Assembly (NCBI RefSeq): GCF_029232205.1
Contig: NZ_CP107255.1
Span: 360,001 to 392,000 of the forward strand
Origin: Candidatus Saccharimonadota bacterium
GTDB lineage: Archaea; Nanohalarchaeota; Nanosalinia; Nanosalinales; Nanosalinaceae
Direction of reading: 5' to 3'
Length of the DNA: 32,000 nt
Part shown: one piece after another, positions 1 through 8,530 of the stretch
Numbering within the stretch: the stretch's first letter is position 1
How the letters are laid out: every line of letters begins with the position of its first letter
Notes under the pieces: model-generated
What the model saw: the letters and a program-made list of their open reading frames with translations, nothing else
Databases searched by the model: none
Told to the model about the DNA's origin: nothing
Position numbers and translations under genes: made by a program

Positions 1-1055
1 ACGACGTCAAGACGCGTGGAGAAGGAAAGTTTGTCGGATCGCTGGATGAAGAGTTCCTTGACCGTTTGACCAAGGGAGATATATTCACTCTTGGAGGAAA
101 AACCTACCAGTTCAGCTACGCAAAAGGTATGAAAGTTTTCGTTGATCCAAAACCAAACCGTTCTCCTACTGTACCTTCCTGGTACTCTGAAAGGCTGCCG
201 CTGAGTTATGATCTAGGCCTTAAAATTGGCAAGTTCCGCCAGCAAGTAGCTCAACAGCTAGAGATGGGTGCTGGAGATGACGACATCGTTGAATGGATCA
301 TGCACAACTACTATCTAGATGAAAACACGGCCAGAGCAATCTTCGGATACATTAAAGAGCAGTACCAGTTTACAGGAGAAGTCTCCAGTCACGAAGAGAT
401 AACTGTCGAGAAATACATCGACGACGATAACAGGCAGAACCTGATCTTCCAGACAATCTACGGCCGCAGAGCCCACGATGCAATCGCGAGAATCCTGGCC
501 AACATGCTGCAGAAGAAGTTCGGCTCCAACATTGGCATGGTAATTGACGACAATGGATTCATACTTGTAACTCCAAGAAGACCTGTCGACCTCGACGGTC
601 TCATGGATGATCTAGCAGCATGCAATCCTGAAGAACAGTTAAAGGAGGCCGTCAGGAAGACAGAGCTGATGAAGAGAAGATTCCGGCACGTAGCAGGAAG
701 ATCACTTATGATTCTCAGAAACTACGCCGGCAACTCGAAGACAGTCGGACAGCAACAGATGAAAGGCCACTTCCTTCTCTCAGCGATCAGAAACGAGTAT
801 GGTGAGGACTTCCCAATGGTGAAGGAAACCTATAGAGAGATCATGGAGGATGCTATGGATATCAAGCATGCTGAAGAAGTGATTGAAGGCCTTGGCTCCG
901 ACGAAATAACTTATGATTTGAGGGAGGCCAGTATTCCATCTCCTTTCAGCCACAACCTGCTGCTACAGGGAAGTACTGATGTCATCAAGATGGAGGATAG
1001 AAAGGAGAGGCTTCAGCAAATGCATCAACAGGTCATGGACAGGATCGAAGACTGA
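1..1055 (+). CDS. lhr: Lhr-type ATP-dependent helicase, C-terminal part (5' end lies upstream of the window)
   Basis: The frame is open from base 3 (DVKTRGEGKFVGSLDEEFLDRL...), so the ORF-track TTG at 66 is internal. IYGRRAHDAIARILA and RRFRHVAGRSLMILRNY match, by eye, the DEAD/H-associated C-terminal domain of Lhr-like helicases. No search was run. Confidence 0.65.
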   Translation, partial: DVKTRGEGKFVGSLDEEFLDRLTKGDIFTLGGKTYQFSYAKGMKVFVDPKPNRSPTVPSWYSERLPLSYDLGLKIGKFRQQVAQQLEMGAGDDDIVEWIMHNYYLDENTARAIFGYIKEQYQFTGEVSSHEEITVEKYIDDDNRQNLIFQTIYGRRAHDAIARILANMLQKKFGSNIGMVIDDNGFILVTPRRPVDLDGLMDDLAACNPEEQLKEAVRKTELMKRRFRHVAGRSLMILRNYAGNSKTVGQQQMKGHFLLSAIRNEYGEDFPMVKETYREIMEDAMDIKHAEEVIEGLGSDEITYDLREASIPSPFSHNLLLQGSTDVIKMEDRKERLQQMHQQVMDRIED

Positions 1056-1058
1056 TTG

Positions 1059-1065
1059 TTTAAAT
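1059..1065 (+). promoter_or_regulatory. TATA-box-like element (TTTAAAT) about 29 nt upstream of ATG 1091
   Basis: AT-rich heptamer in the 35-nt spacer. The spacing fits an archaeal TATA box driving a leaderless or short-leader mRNA. Confidence 0.4.
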
Positions 1066-1090
1066 GTTCAGATAGAACTGTTATACAGGG

Positions 1091-2770
1091 ATGCTAACCG
1101 CATTAAGCAATTCGGCGTTAAGCAATTATTTTCTTGATCCGGCCTGGGTACTGGCGCTAGCAGCCCTAATACCGCTGATCATATTCTACCTGGTAAAGCC
1201 CAAGCCTGATGAAAAGATGATGCCCTCAATCCGGTTCTTCATGAAGGACAGGAAGGAAGGCAGGATAAAACAGGCCATATCAAAAATTCTGCAAAACCTC
1301 ATGCTGATATTCCATATACTCTTTGTCATAGCAGTGGTAGCGGCAGTAGCAAATCCTTTCATCAATGGCCCTTCAACTGCGGATAGGTCCGTAGTTGTAA
1401 TTGATAACTCTGCAAGTATGGAAGGATCTCTAGAAGATGCCAAGAACTTTGCAGTAGATAGGCTTGGAGGAACAAATACTGTAATCCTAGTAAACGATGA
1501 CGTAAAGGTTATAGCCAATGAAGCAACCAGGGCCTCAGCAAGAAGAGCAATTAATAATGTAGAACTGGAGGAAACTCCTACAGATCTCGCAAGAGCCCTG
1601 CAGATATCAAGAAACTATCGGGGCCAGCTAGTTCTTGCGAGCGACACAGATCACACGGCAAGCTCTAGAGAAACAACATCTGTAATACAGAATATCAAGG
1701 CCAATAGAGAAGTATACGTAATGGATGCAAAGACATCCAACTCCTGGGGATTCGCAGACCTAAACGTCAAAGAATCGTGGGTGGAAGTCAAAAACTATGA
1801 CGACAGTCAGCAACAGGTAAACATAGAGCTTGATGGCACAGCTGAGAGCGTTACACTCCAACCTGGAGAGGCCCGAAGAGTAGACATCGATCTAGAAAAA
1901 GGAGAGAACACAGTCTCGCTGCCAGAAGATGGAATGGCTGCAGACAACACTCTCTCAGTATACAGGCCTGAACAGTCAACACTTGAAGTAGCAGTAATAG
2001 CAGATAGTGAAAACAGATACCTGATGAAGGCCTTTGAACTAATTAACCAGACTGATCCAGAGTTCTACCAGTCTCCTATAGAGAGCTTTCCAAGTGCAGA
2101 TGTCTATGTGATCGGACAGTCGGAGAATACGCTATCACAGACCGTGAACAGCGTGGAAAACCGTGTACAGAATGGTGCAACAGCAGTAGTAATGGCAAAT
2201 GAAGGTCTCGAACCAGAATACTACGATCATCTGCCGGTAGAAAATATAGGAGAGCGGACAGAGGCAAATGTAGAGTTCAGAAAACCTAGGAAAATCAACA
2301 TAGGAAACACAGAAGTATACAATCTCACAGTTACGGGAAGAGGCCTTTCCGATCCGCAGAACGCGCTAGTTCACGGAACTCACGGCCAGGGAGATATCCT
2401 AGTCTACAATATTAACGATGAAGACTTCAGAAGAGACTTCCTTTACCCGGTTTTCTGGCGAAACGTAGTAGATGCCTACTCCGAAGTAAAAGATGCAGAA
2501 GATCTAAATCTTGAGACAGGCCAGACAGTAAGAGCTGACGGAAAGCCAGTTGAACTAAACAGAACAGGCTTCCACGAACTAGGAGGCCAGAAATACACAG
2601 CAAACCTGCTAAACGATGATGAATCCTCTACAGAATCATCTACAATAACTTCAAGCGAATCAGCAACATCAACAGTGCCAAAAAGCATTCAGAATCTGGC
2701 AGCATTACTGGTTCTCCTGCTAGCACTTACAGAAGCAGGATACCTCTACTACATAGGTGATATGCAATGA
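1091..2770 (+). CDS. BatA-like membrane protein with vWA domain
   Basis: The N-terminus LALAALIPLIIFYLVKPKP...PSIRFF resembles the BatA-type N-terminal double-TM region. vWA MIDAS residues are present: DNSAS (nt 1403-1417), a downstream TPTD and SDTD. C-terminal TM segment: AALLVLLLALTEAGYLYY. Confidence 0.75.
   Translation: MLTALSNSALSNYFLDPAWVLALAALIPLIIFYLVKPKPDEKMMPSIRFFMKDRKEGRIKQAISKILQNLMLIFHILFVIAVVAAVANPFINGPSTADRSVVVIDNSASMEGSLEDAKNFAVDRLGGTNTVILVNDDVKVIANEATRASARRAINNVELEETPTDLARALQISRNYRGQLVLASDTDHTASSRETTSVIQNIKANREVYVMDAKTSNSWGFADLNVKESWVEVKNYDDSQQQVNIELDGTAESVTLQPGEARRVDIDLEKGENTVSLPEDGMAADNTLSVYRPEQSTLEVAVIADSENRYLMKAFELINQTDPEFYQSPIESFPSADVYVIGQSENTLSQTVNSVENRVQNGATAVVMANEGLEPEYYDHLPVENIGERTEANVEFRKPRKINIGNTEVYNLTVTGRGLSDPQNALVHGTHGQGDILVYNINDEDFRRDFLYPVFWRNVVDAYSEVKDAEDLNLETGQTVRADGKPVELNRTGFHELGGQKYTANLLNDDESSTESSTITSSESATSTVPKSIQNLAALLVLLLALTEAGYLYYIGDMQ
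2756..2761 (+). promoter_or_regulatory. Shine-Dalgarno GGTGAT, 5 nt upstream of ATG 2767
   Basis: Complementary to the archaeal 16S 3' end (..GAUCACC..). It lies inside the upstream gene, next to an ATGA stop/start overlap, which fits translational coupling. Confidence 0.55.
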
Positions 2771-5079
2771 TAACCTTCGAGCACTCCCTAGGACTGATAC
2801 TGGTTTTAATCAGCTTTACAGGCCTCTACGCTGCATACAGGGCTGAGGAAATATACGGAGAGATACTGGGCCTGACAAGATTTCTACTACTGTTTTTACT
2901 GGCTCTAGCGGTTGCAGGCCCTCAGATACAGATGGCGCAGGAAAGAATGAGAACTCCAGAAGTCAATATTCTGGAGGATAACTCCCGGTCCACACAGTTC
3001 ATGCAGGATGACAAGGTAAGTTTCCAGGAAATCCAGACAAACAGAAATATTATTGCATCAGGAAACAACTCAGAAATGAAGAACAGCATCCTCAACAGTA
3101 TTCAACAGGATGGAGCATACCTTATCGTCTCCGATTTACAGACAGACGAGGACATGAATGAGGTAATACGGAAGGCCAATAGAAACAATGCGAGTATAAG
3201 CTTCCTGAAACCGGAAATGACATCCGAACACGCAATAACAATAGAAGGCCCGGAGCAAACAGTACCCGGCGCCAACAACCAGTACACCGTAAAACTCAGC
3301 TCCACAAAAGGAGGATCAGTACCGGTAGAAGTCAGAGTAGATGGAAACCAGATACACAGCGGCCGAATAACATCAACATACAACTTTACAAGAAAATTTG
3401 GCTCAAAAGGCCACCACAAAATACAGGCCTCAATCGACGTCAACGACCAGGAATCCTCCAACAATGCATACTACAAAACAGTAGAAGTAACCAAAAAACC
3501 TGAAATACTGGTGATAGGCCAGAGCTCCAGCCTTGGAACAGATCTAAGCGAATACTTCAGACTGGAGTACACAAGCTCAGTACCAGAAGACATGTCAGAC
3601 TACGACGCAGTACTACTCAAAGAAGACGTACCGGAAGAAAACCTGATAGAATACGTTTCACAGGGAGGAGGCCTAGTCTACACAGGAGATCACCAGAATT
3701 CATATGATGTTCTGCCAGTAAAGGAAGCTGATGATAGTGAAGAGAGTAGTAAGGCTGCAAGAGTAATAATGGCGGTAGATACCTCCGCTAGCTTCTACAG
3801 TGAGAGAAGCAGGACCAAGGAGAAGGCTAGATATGCTGCAAAATACTTTGTTTCTGCATTGTATCGTCAAAGCGTTGGTTCAAAAGTAGCAGTCATTAAT
3901 TATGGAGGTACTGTTCAAGGTTCGAGTTACGTCCCGAGAATAATGCGTAATCCAGGAGAACCAGCATTCCTTAGTATGGTCAATAGTGAGGATAAAAACA
4001 GAGTCTTTTCGAGGGTAGATTCTCTTGATGGAATTGGTGGAGCGATACAAAGTTATGGTCTCAGAGCTTCTAAAGAGCTTGCTGAGAAGGAGCAATCTAA
4101 ATCAACTATTGTGATGATAACTGATGGTCGATTTGAAGACGTAGAGAAATTCAACACGCAAAGAACTCAAGATGATATTAAAATTGAATCTGAACAGGAT
4201 AAACAGAACTTCCGTGATATTGCTATGAGTTTGGATGATAGTAAAACCTCTCTTTGTTTCCTAACGATAGGAGGTGGAGCTGATACAGCCTTCTTGAATG
4301 GGTTCGTTGATAGGACCAATATAGTATCTTTTGAAGATATGAGAAATCAAGGACGCTTTTGCGATCTTCTAGGGGGAGGAGGTAATTCTGGAGCTGGTAG
4401 AGTCTATGCTGTAAATAATCAACATTTTATCTCCAGAGGAGGTATAAATCCTGACTTGGCAGTGGCAGGGACTTATAACGCTCGGTTAAGGCCTTCAGGG
4501 AATTTAATACTGGCAACTGGAGAAAATAAGCCTGTTCTTGCTACATGGAGATATGGGTTAGGAAGGGTTGCGGCATTTACAACTAGAGATTCTAATTTAG
4601 GGGATATGATGCGTGGTGACCCTTCTTCTGTTGTCAGAACATTTTCCTGGTCCGTAGGAGAGATAGATAGAGAGGGCCGCTGGATAAAAGTTTCTTCAAC
4701 GAGAGTTGGAGGCCAGAAACCTGAAGTTGAGGCATCCTACAGTATTGAAGGCCTTACACGTGATGCGGATGGAACTTACTCGAAGACTCTGGATCCTGAA
4801 GGCCTTGGCTTCCATGAATTCAACGGCGTGCCTTACAGCTACAACTATAACTCTGAAATAGAGAATATAGGGTATGATAGCAGGATTGAAAGAATTGCAT
4901 CGGAGACAGGGGGCAAAGTGTACGAGCCATCTCAAAAAGGCCAAATTGTCGAGGATCTTCAGACTTTCAGTGATGAGCGAGTCGTCAGGAGAACTTCTCT
5001 AACGCCTTACCTGCTGATAGCAGCACTGATTGTATTCCTGGGAGAGGTAGGGTTCAGAAAGATGAAGGGCAGAAAGTAG
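2767..5079 (+). CDS. Large membrane-anchored vWA-domain protein (Bat-like, with GATase1-like/DUF1355-like segments)
   Basis: N-terminal TM helices; vWA with DTSAS (nt 3778-3792) and MITDG. EILVIGQSS...GGGLVYTGD and ATWRYGLGRVAAFTT resemble the amidotransferase-like modules of BatA/BatB-type proteins. C-terminal TM plus basic tail: LLIAALIVFLGEVGFRKMKGRK. Confidence 0.7.
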   Translation: MITFEHSLGLILVLISFTGLYAAYRAEEIYGEILGLTRFLLLFLLALAVAGPQIQMAQERMRTPEVNILEDNSRSTQFMQDDKVSFQEIQTNRNIIASGNNSEMKNSILNSIQQDGAYLIVSDLQTDEDMNEVIRKANRNNASISFLKPEMTSEHAITIEGPEQTVPGANNQYTVKLSSTKGGSVPVEVRVDGNQIHSGRITSTYNFTRKFGSKGHHKIQASIDVNDQESSNNAYYKTVEVTKKPEILVIGQSSSLGTDLSEYFRLEYTSSVPEDMSDYDAVLLKEDVPEENLIEYVSQGGGLVYTGDHQNSYDVLPVKEADDSEESSKAARVIMAVDTSASFYSERSRTKEKARYAAKYFVSALYRQSVGSKVAVINYGGTVQGSSYVPRIMRNPGEPAFLSMVNSEDKNRVFSRVDSLDGIGGAIQSYGLRASKELAEKEQSKSTIVMITDGRFEDVEKFNTQRTQDDIKIESEQDKQNFRDIAMSLDDSKTSLCFLTIGGGADTAFLNGFVDRTNIVSFEDMRNQGRFCDLLGGGGNSGAGRVYAVNNQHFISRGGINPDLAVAGTYNARLRPSGNLILATGENKPVLATWRYGLGRVAAFTTRDSNLGDMMRGDPSSVVRTFSWSVGEIDREGRWIKVSSTRVGGQKPEVEASYSIEGLTRDADGTYSKTLDPEGLGFHEFNGVPYSYNYNSEIENIGYDSRIERIASETGGKVYEPSQKGQIVEDLQTFSDERVVRRTSLTPYLLIAALIVFLGEVGFRKMKGRK

Positions 5080-5114
5080 AGCTGGAAAAATTGAACGCAG
5101 GGATTTTTCAAAAC

Positions 5115-5123
5115 TTTATTTAA
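5115..5123 (+). promoter_or_regulatory. TATA-box-like element (TTTATTTAA) about 27 nt upstream of ATG 5146
   Basis: AT-rich element at canonical archaeal spacing. There is no SD between it and the ATG, suggesting a leaderless transcript. Confidence 0.4.
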
Positions 5124-5145
5124 CCAGATCTCCATAAACTACTGT

Positions 5146-5871
5146 ATGGGAGTTTTGGATGATGTGAAAGATGCTGTAGGAGGAAACTCCGACGGCAACA
5201 ATAACAACTCAGGATCTTCTTTTGGAAACTCAGATTCTAGCTCAGATTTCGACAGCAGTTTCGGAGATTCTGGAAATAACTCAATGAACGACGACTTCTC
5301 CTCAGGCCCAGAAGACAGCAGCATGGGAGGAAGCCCACAGAATCCAGGTGGAGGCCCTAACAATCCTCAGCAATCCCCAAACAATTCTCCAGGACAATCA
5401 TCACCAGCTCCCTCACAATCAGGACAAGGACAGGGCCTTCAGGGAGGTATGAATACTACAGATGACAGTAATCCTCCAAGAAACAATGGACCGCCTGGAG
5501 GAAACAGTCCTCAGGGAAGAGGCCAGAATAGTCCTCAGCCCTCAAGCAGCAGATCTCTGGACTCTCCATCAGGTGGTGGAAGGAACCAGAGAAATCAGGG
5601 AGGAGGCCAGAGCCCGAGCAATCGTTCTCTTTCAGGAGGCCGGCAAAGTTCTGGAGGGTCCTCGAATGCGCAGGCTGGAAGACCGCAGAGCGGAAGCTCT
5701 CAGCCACAGTTAAGCAGCAATACTCGGAAGAAAATGGAGAATGCAGGAATGTCTTCTCGAGGCAGTCAGTCAGTAGCTGATTCTCGGGATGATTTTGAAG
5801 AGCTGAAGTCGCAGAATGAACAGATAATTGAGCTTCTTAAGAGAATCAATGACTCGCTGAACACGAGGTAA
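5146..5871 (+). CDS. Low-complexity S/G/N/Q/P-rich, predicted disordered protein with a C-terminal amphipathic helix
   Basis: 241-aa ORF with its own TATA. The three overlapping ORFs in other frames or on the opposite strand are low-complexity shadows. The C-terminal DDFEELKSQNEQIIELLKRINDSLNTR is the only ordered-looking segment. Confidence 0.6.
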   Translation: MGVLDDVKDAVGGNSDGNNNNSGSSFGNSDSSSDFDSSFGDSGNNSMNDDFSSGPEDSSMGGSPQNPGGGPNNPQQSPNNSPGQSSPAPSQSGQGQGLQGGMNTTDDSNPPRNNGPPGGNSPQGRGQNSPQPSSSRSLDSPSGGGRNQRNQGGGQSPSNRSLSGGRQSSGGSSNAQAGRPQSGSSQPQLSSNTRKKMENAGMSSRGSQSVADSRDDFEELKSQNEQIIELLKRINDSLNTR

Positions 5872-5904
5872 CTTCAATAAAATTTTCTCTCCTTAACTGT
5901 AACC

Positions 5905-6063
5905 ATGAATATAGAGGCCGAACTACCTGAGAACTTCGATGAACTATCGGACGAGGAGAAAATTTCTGAACTTGAACAACTGAAGAAAGAGTTCGAGGAA
6001 CAGGATGAAAGTCCTGTCAAGATAAGAATGATTGAGGAGTTAAAGGCCTCGTATCAGGACTGA
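5905..6063 (+). CDS. Small acidic hypothetical protein (52 aa; below the ORF-track length cutoff)
   Basis: ATG 5905 to TGA 6061-6063 gives MNIEAELPENFDELSDEEKISELEQLKKEFEEQDESPVKIRMIEELKASYQD. AATAAAATTTT lies about 25 nt upstream. The composition matches the local proteome. No homology evidence. Confidence 0.35.
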   Translation: MNIEAELPENFDELSDEEKISELEQLKKEFEEQDESPVKIRMIEELKASYQD

Positions 6064-6377
6064 ATAGAGGCCAGTCCCAGCATACTCCACACACCTTTCA
6101 GGAAGAGAAGGCCTGAAATCCACAGCTTGTACTCCATAAATATCGGAGGTCTACCGAAGAACAGTATGGAGGCCGAAATCAGATCGGCGAATCCTCCGAT
6201 TATGAACACTGCAAAAGGAAATCTTACAGCGTTAATAATGCTGCCAAGGCCTTTGAATACAAGAAATCCTGCATGAGCCATTGCAACGCTTTCGGGGACT
6301 GGTGATGCGGTATAGAAAAGAAGTATGCCTGAAAGAATGTCAAGCAGGCCCATTAGGTCGAGTCTGACGTACTTCAT
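6054..6377 (-). CDS. Small integral membrane protein (3-4 predicted TM helices), function unknown
   Basis: The ORF is hydrophobic throughout (LLDILSGILLFY, FAVFIIGGFADLISASILFF, ISGLLFLKGVWSMLGL). It lies 3 nt downstream of the NYN gene on the same strand. Confidence 0.6.
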   Translation of the reverse strand: MKYVRLDLMGLLDILSGILLFYTASPVPESVAMAHAGFLVFKGLGSIINAVRFPFAVFIIGGFADLISASILFFGRPPIFMEYKLWISGLLFLKGVWSMLGLASIQS

Positions 6378-6380
6378 TTT

Positions 6381-6845
6381 CTAATCTAGTTCAATTACTT
6401 TGTCAGCTGCATTCTTCAGTGCTGTTGAAAATCCTGGCTCCATGCCAATAATAATGGTTTCTTTACCGTGTTCTTTGGCCTTCTGAATAACAGGAAGGAA
6501 GTCAGTGTCTCTTGTGACAAGCACAATTTTGTCAATATTGTCATCAAAGACTGCTTCCATAGCATTTACAGCCATGTATACATCTACATCGCTTTCCTTA
6601 GCTTTCTCTCCTCCAAGACCCAGTGCTGCTTCAAAGCCCTGAGAAACAATGGCCTCGATAAGTTTATCGGACGCATACTGGTTTAAAAAGACTTTGGCTA
6701 TCTTAATGTTGCCTTCTTCCTCAATCTCGTTTCTTAACTCGTCAAGATCTAGGTCAAATTCCTTTCTGACGACGTTAGGGCCGTCAACATAAACAGCAAT
6801 GTTTTCTCCTCTGCTAACAGTGTCTTTGATCTTGTTGAAAACCAT
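6381..6845 (-). CDS. NYN-domain (LabA/TIGR00288-like) putative ribonuclease
   Basis: IAVYVDGPNV...KIVLVTRDTDFLPVIQKAKEHGKETIIIG is the typical NYN/PIN-like acidic-residue pattern. Confidence 0.8.
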   Translation of the reverse strand: MVFNKIKDTVSRGENIAVYVDGPNVVRKEFDLDLDELRNEIEEEGNIKIAKVFLNQYASDKLIEAIVSQGFEAALGLGGEKAKESDVDVYMAVNAMEAVFDDNIDKIVLVTRDTDFLPVIQKAKEHGKETIIIGMEPGFSTALKNAADKVIELD

Positions 6846-6890
6846 TTTGAATTCACTTGAGTAAGAATTATTCAGGAAACATTTAATGGC

Positions 6891-7637
6891 TTAGCCATTC
6901 CGGAAAAGTTTCCGAGCGTTACCTGTAGTGCTCTCTATAACCTCTTCCTCGTTGAGTTCCTTTATTTCAGCTATCTTCTTGGCACTCTCCGCCACATTCA
7001 ACGGCTCATTACGGTCGCCACGGTATAAGAATGGAGAATCAGTCTCAAGAAGCAAATTATCTACATCTATGTCTCTCACAATATTCTGGACTCTGTTAGA
7101 GTAAAGAACCTGTGTGGTTACACCAATCAGAAAACCTTTCTCAACAGCGTCCGTCGCCAGTTCAACACTGCCATTGAAACAGTGGAGCATAACTCCGGGA
7201 AGATCGTACTCCGAAATAATTTCCACGGCCTCTCTTTCAGCATCACGTGAATGAACCACGACAGGCTTCTCCAGATCCTCAGCAAGAGCAAGCATCTCAC
7301 GGAAAACCTCTCGCTGCCTATCCCTCACGGCCTCATCGGTGATGTGGTGGTGATCAAGGCCTATTTCTCCTACTGCAACAGGATCGTTATCTCTAATCTG
7401 TTCCTTGACCTCTTCCAGCTGATCAAACTTCTCAGTATAGGTTGGGTGAAGGCCTAGATTTGCTACTACGAAATCAGGGTATTTTTCCTGAAGTTTCAGG
7501 GCCTGTTCATTGTTTTCTACACAGCTACCGGCGTTGACGATAAATTCGAGTTCTTCTTTGGATCTTTCAATTACTTCTTCTCTATCATCTTTGAACTGGT
7601 CGAAATCTATGTGGCAGTGTGCATCAACAGGCTTCAT
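6891..7637 (-). CDS. TatD-family metal-dependent hydrolase/DNase
   Basis: MKPVDAHCHIDF (HxH), GEIGLDHH, VVVHSRDA, MLHCFNG and LLLETDSPF are the conserved TatD metal-binding motifs. Confidence 0.85.
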   Translation of the reverse strand: MKPVDAHCHIDFDQFKDDREEVIERSKEELEFIVNAGSCVENNEQALKLQEKYPDFVVANLGLHPTYTEKFDQLEEVKEQIRDNDPVAVGEIGLDHHHITDEAVRDRQREVFREMLALAEDLEKPVVVHSRDAEREAVEIISEYDLPGVMLHCFNGSVELATDAVEKGFLIGVTTQVLYSNRVQNIVRDIDVDNLLLETDSPFLYRGDRNEPLNVAESAKKIAEIKELNEEEVIESTTGNARKLFRNG

Positions 7638-7892
7638 AGGTTGTTAAGGCCTTCAATGTCTTTTAACTATGTTTGAAATCTCCAGACCTCTGTAGTTGAA
7701 TGCAGTTGAAATTATAACTTTATCTCATAAACTGTGTGATGGGGGAGGAGTTTTTTGCCAGAATTAGTTAAGCAAGTAGGATTTTGTCTAGTCTGTGGTA
7801 ACGCTGTTCACAGTGATCAGGACATGGAAAGACAGGCCGACGGCGTATGCCATGAGTCCTGTCTTTGATTGATCTGCCACAGACATCCCAAC

Positions 7893-8477
7893 CTATCTTT
7901 TCTCTTTATCCAGTCTGGCTTCTGTAGCACCTTTCTGACCCATGTACTTCGAATCCTTCTTATCGCCGTACGGATTCTCGGCCTCCGAAGTCATAGTCTC
8001 AATAGCCATCTGACAGATACGGTCCTCAGGATAAATCGTGATCGGCACGTTTCCCAGGTTCTGAATCTCGAGAGTGATCTGGCCTTCAAAACCTGCGTCG
8101 ACGAAACCTCCAGCAGCGTGCGGGATAAGGCCTAGACGCGCGTAAGATGAACGACCTTCGATTCTTGCAACCATGTCATTCGGGATATTAACTGTCTCAA
8201 GTGTAGTACCCAGCACAAACTCTCCGGGATGGACAACTACTCCTTCCTCGGCAGTGGCCTTCATATCCTCCTGTTTCCTCGAAAAATCATCCATGTCTTT
8301 TGTATCCAGGGCCTTCATCTTCCTGGTCTGTGGAAATGTGAAGTCGTATCCAAGCCTTAGATCGATCGAGGAAGGACCTACCTGAAGTTCTTCATCAAGT
8401 TCAGGGCCTTTTTCGACGTATACTGCGTTTTCCTCTTTAATTAACTGTTTAATGTCCTTGTCAGAGAGTATGGCCAT
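7893..8477 (-). CDS. dcd: dCTP deaminase (dUTPase-superfamily)
   Basis: MAILSDKDIKQLI N-terminus, SSIDLRLG, GEFVLGTTLE, IEGRSSYARLGL and ICQM match Dcd family signatures. Confidence 0.85.
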   Translation of the reverse strand: MAILSDKDIKQLIKEENAVYVEKGPELDEELQVGPSSIDLRLGYDFTFPQTRKMKALDTKDMDDFSRKQEDMKATAEEGVVVHPGEFVLGTTLETVNIPNDMVARIEGRSSYARLGLIPHAAGGFVDAGFEGQITLEIQNLGNVPITIYPEDRICQMAIETMTSEAENPYGDKKDSKYMGQKGATEARLDKEKR

Positions 8478-8499
8478 ACTTGTTTTTCAGCTATAGGAA

Positions 8500-8508
8500 C
8501 TTTTTATG
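8500..8508. promoter_or_regulatory. Single AT-rich TATA-like element (CTTTTTATG) at the midpoint of the 53-bp dcd / peptidase divergent spacer
   Basis: Its centre (8504) is 27 nt from ATG 8531 (+) and 27 nt from the dcd start at 8477 (-). Confidence 0.4.
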
Positions 8509-8530
8509 CCTTCACGCCGCAAATACTTTC

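Noticed and set aside
5139-5713. Three ORFs (5139-5363 -, 5456-5707 -, 5462-5713 +) overlapping the low-complexity gene
   Set aside because: Repetitive GGA/CAG/CCA-rich DNA keeps several frames open. Only the 5146-5871 frame has a TATA at the right distance and runs the full length.
8480-8530. 17-codon extension of the peptidase ORF (TTG start) and the analogous extensions 21488-21532 (HAM1), 16479-16505 (MBL) and 28208-28219 (eS17)
   Set aside because: In each case an internal ATG yields the canonical family N-terminus or a clean signal peptide, and leaves room for the promoter element.
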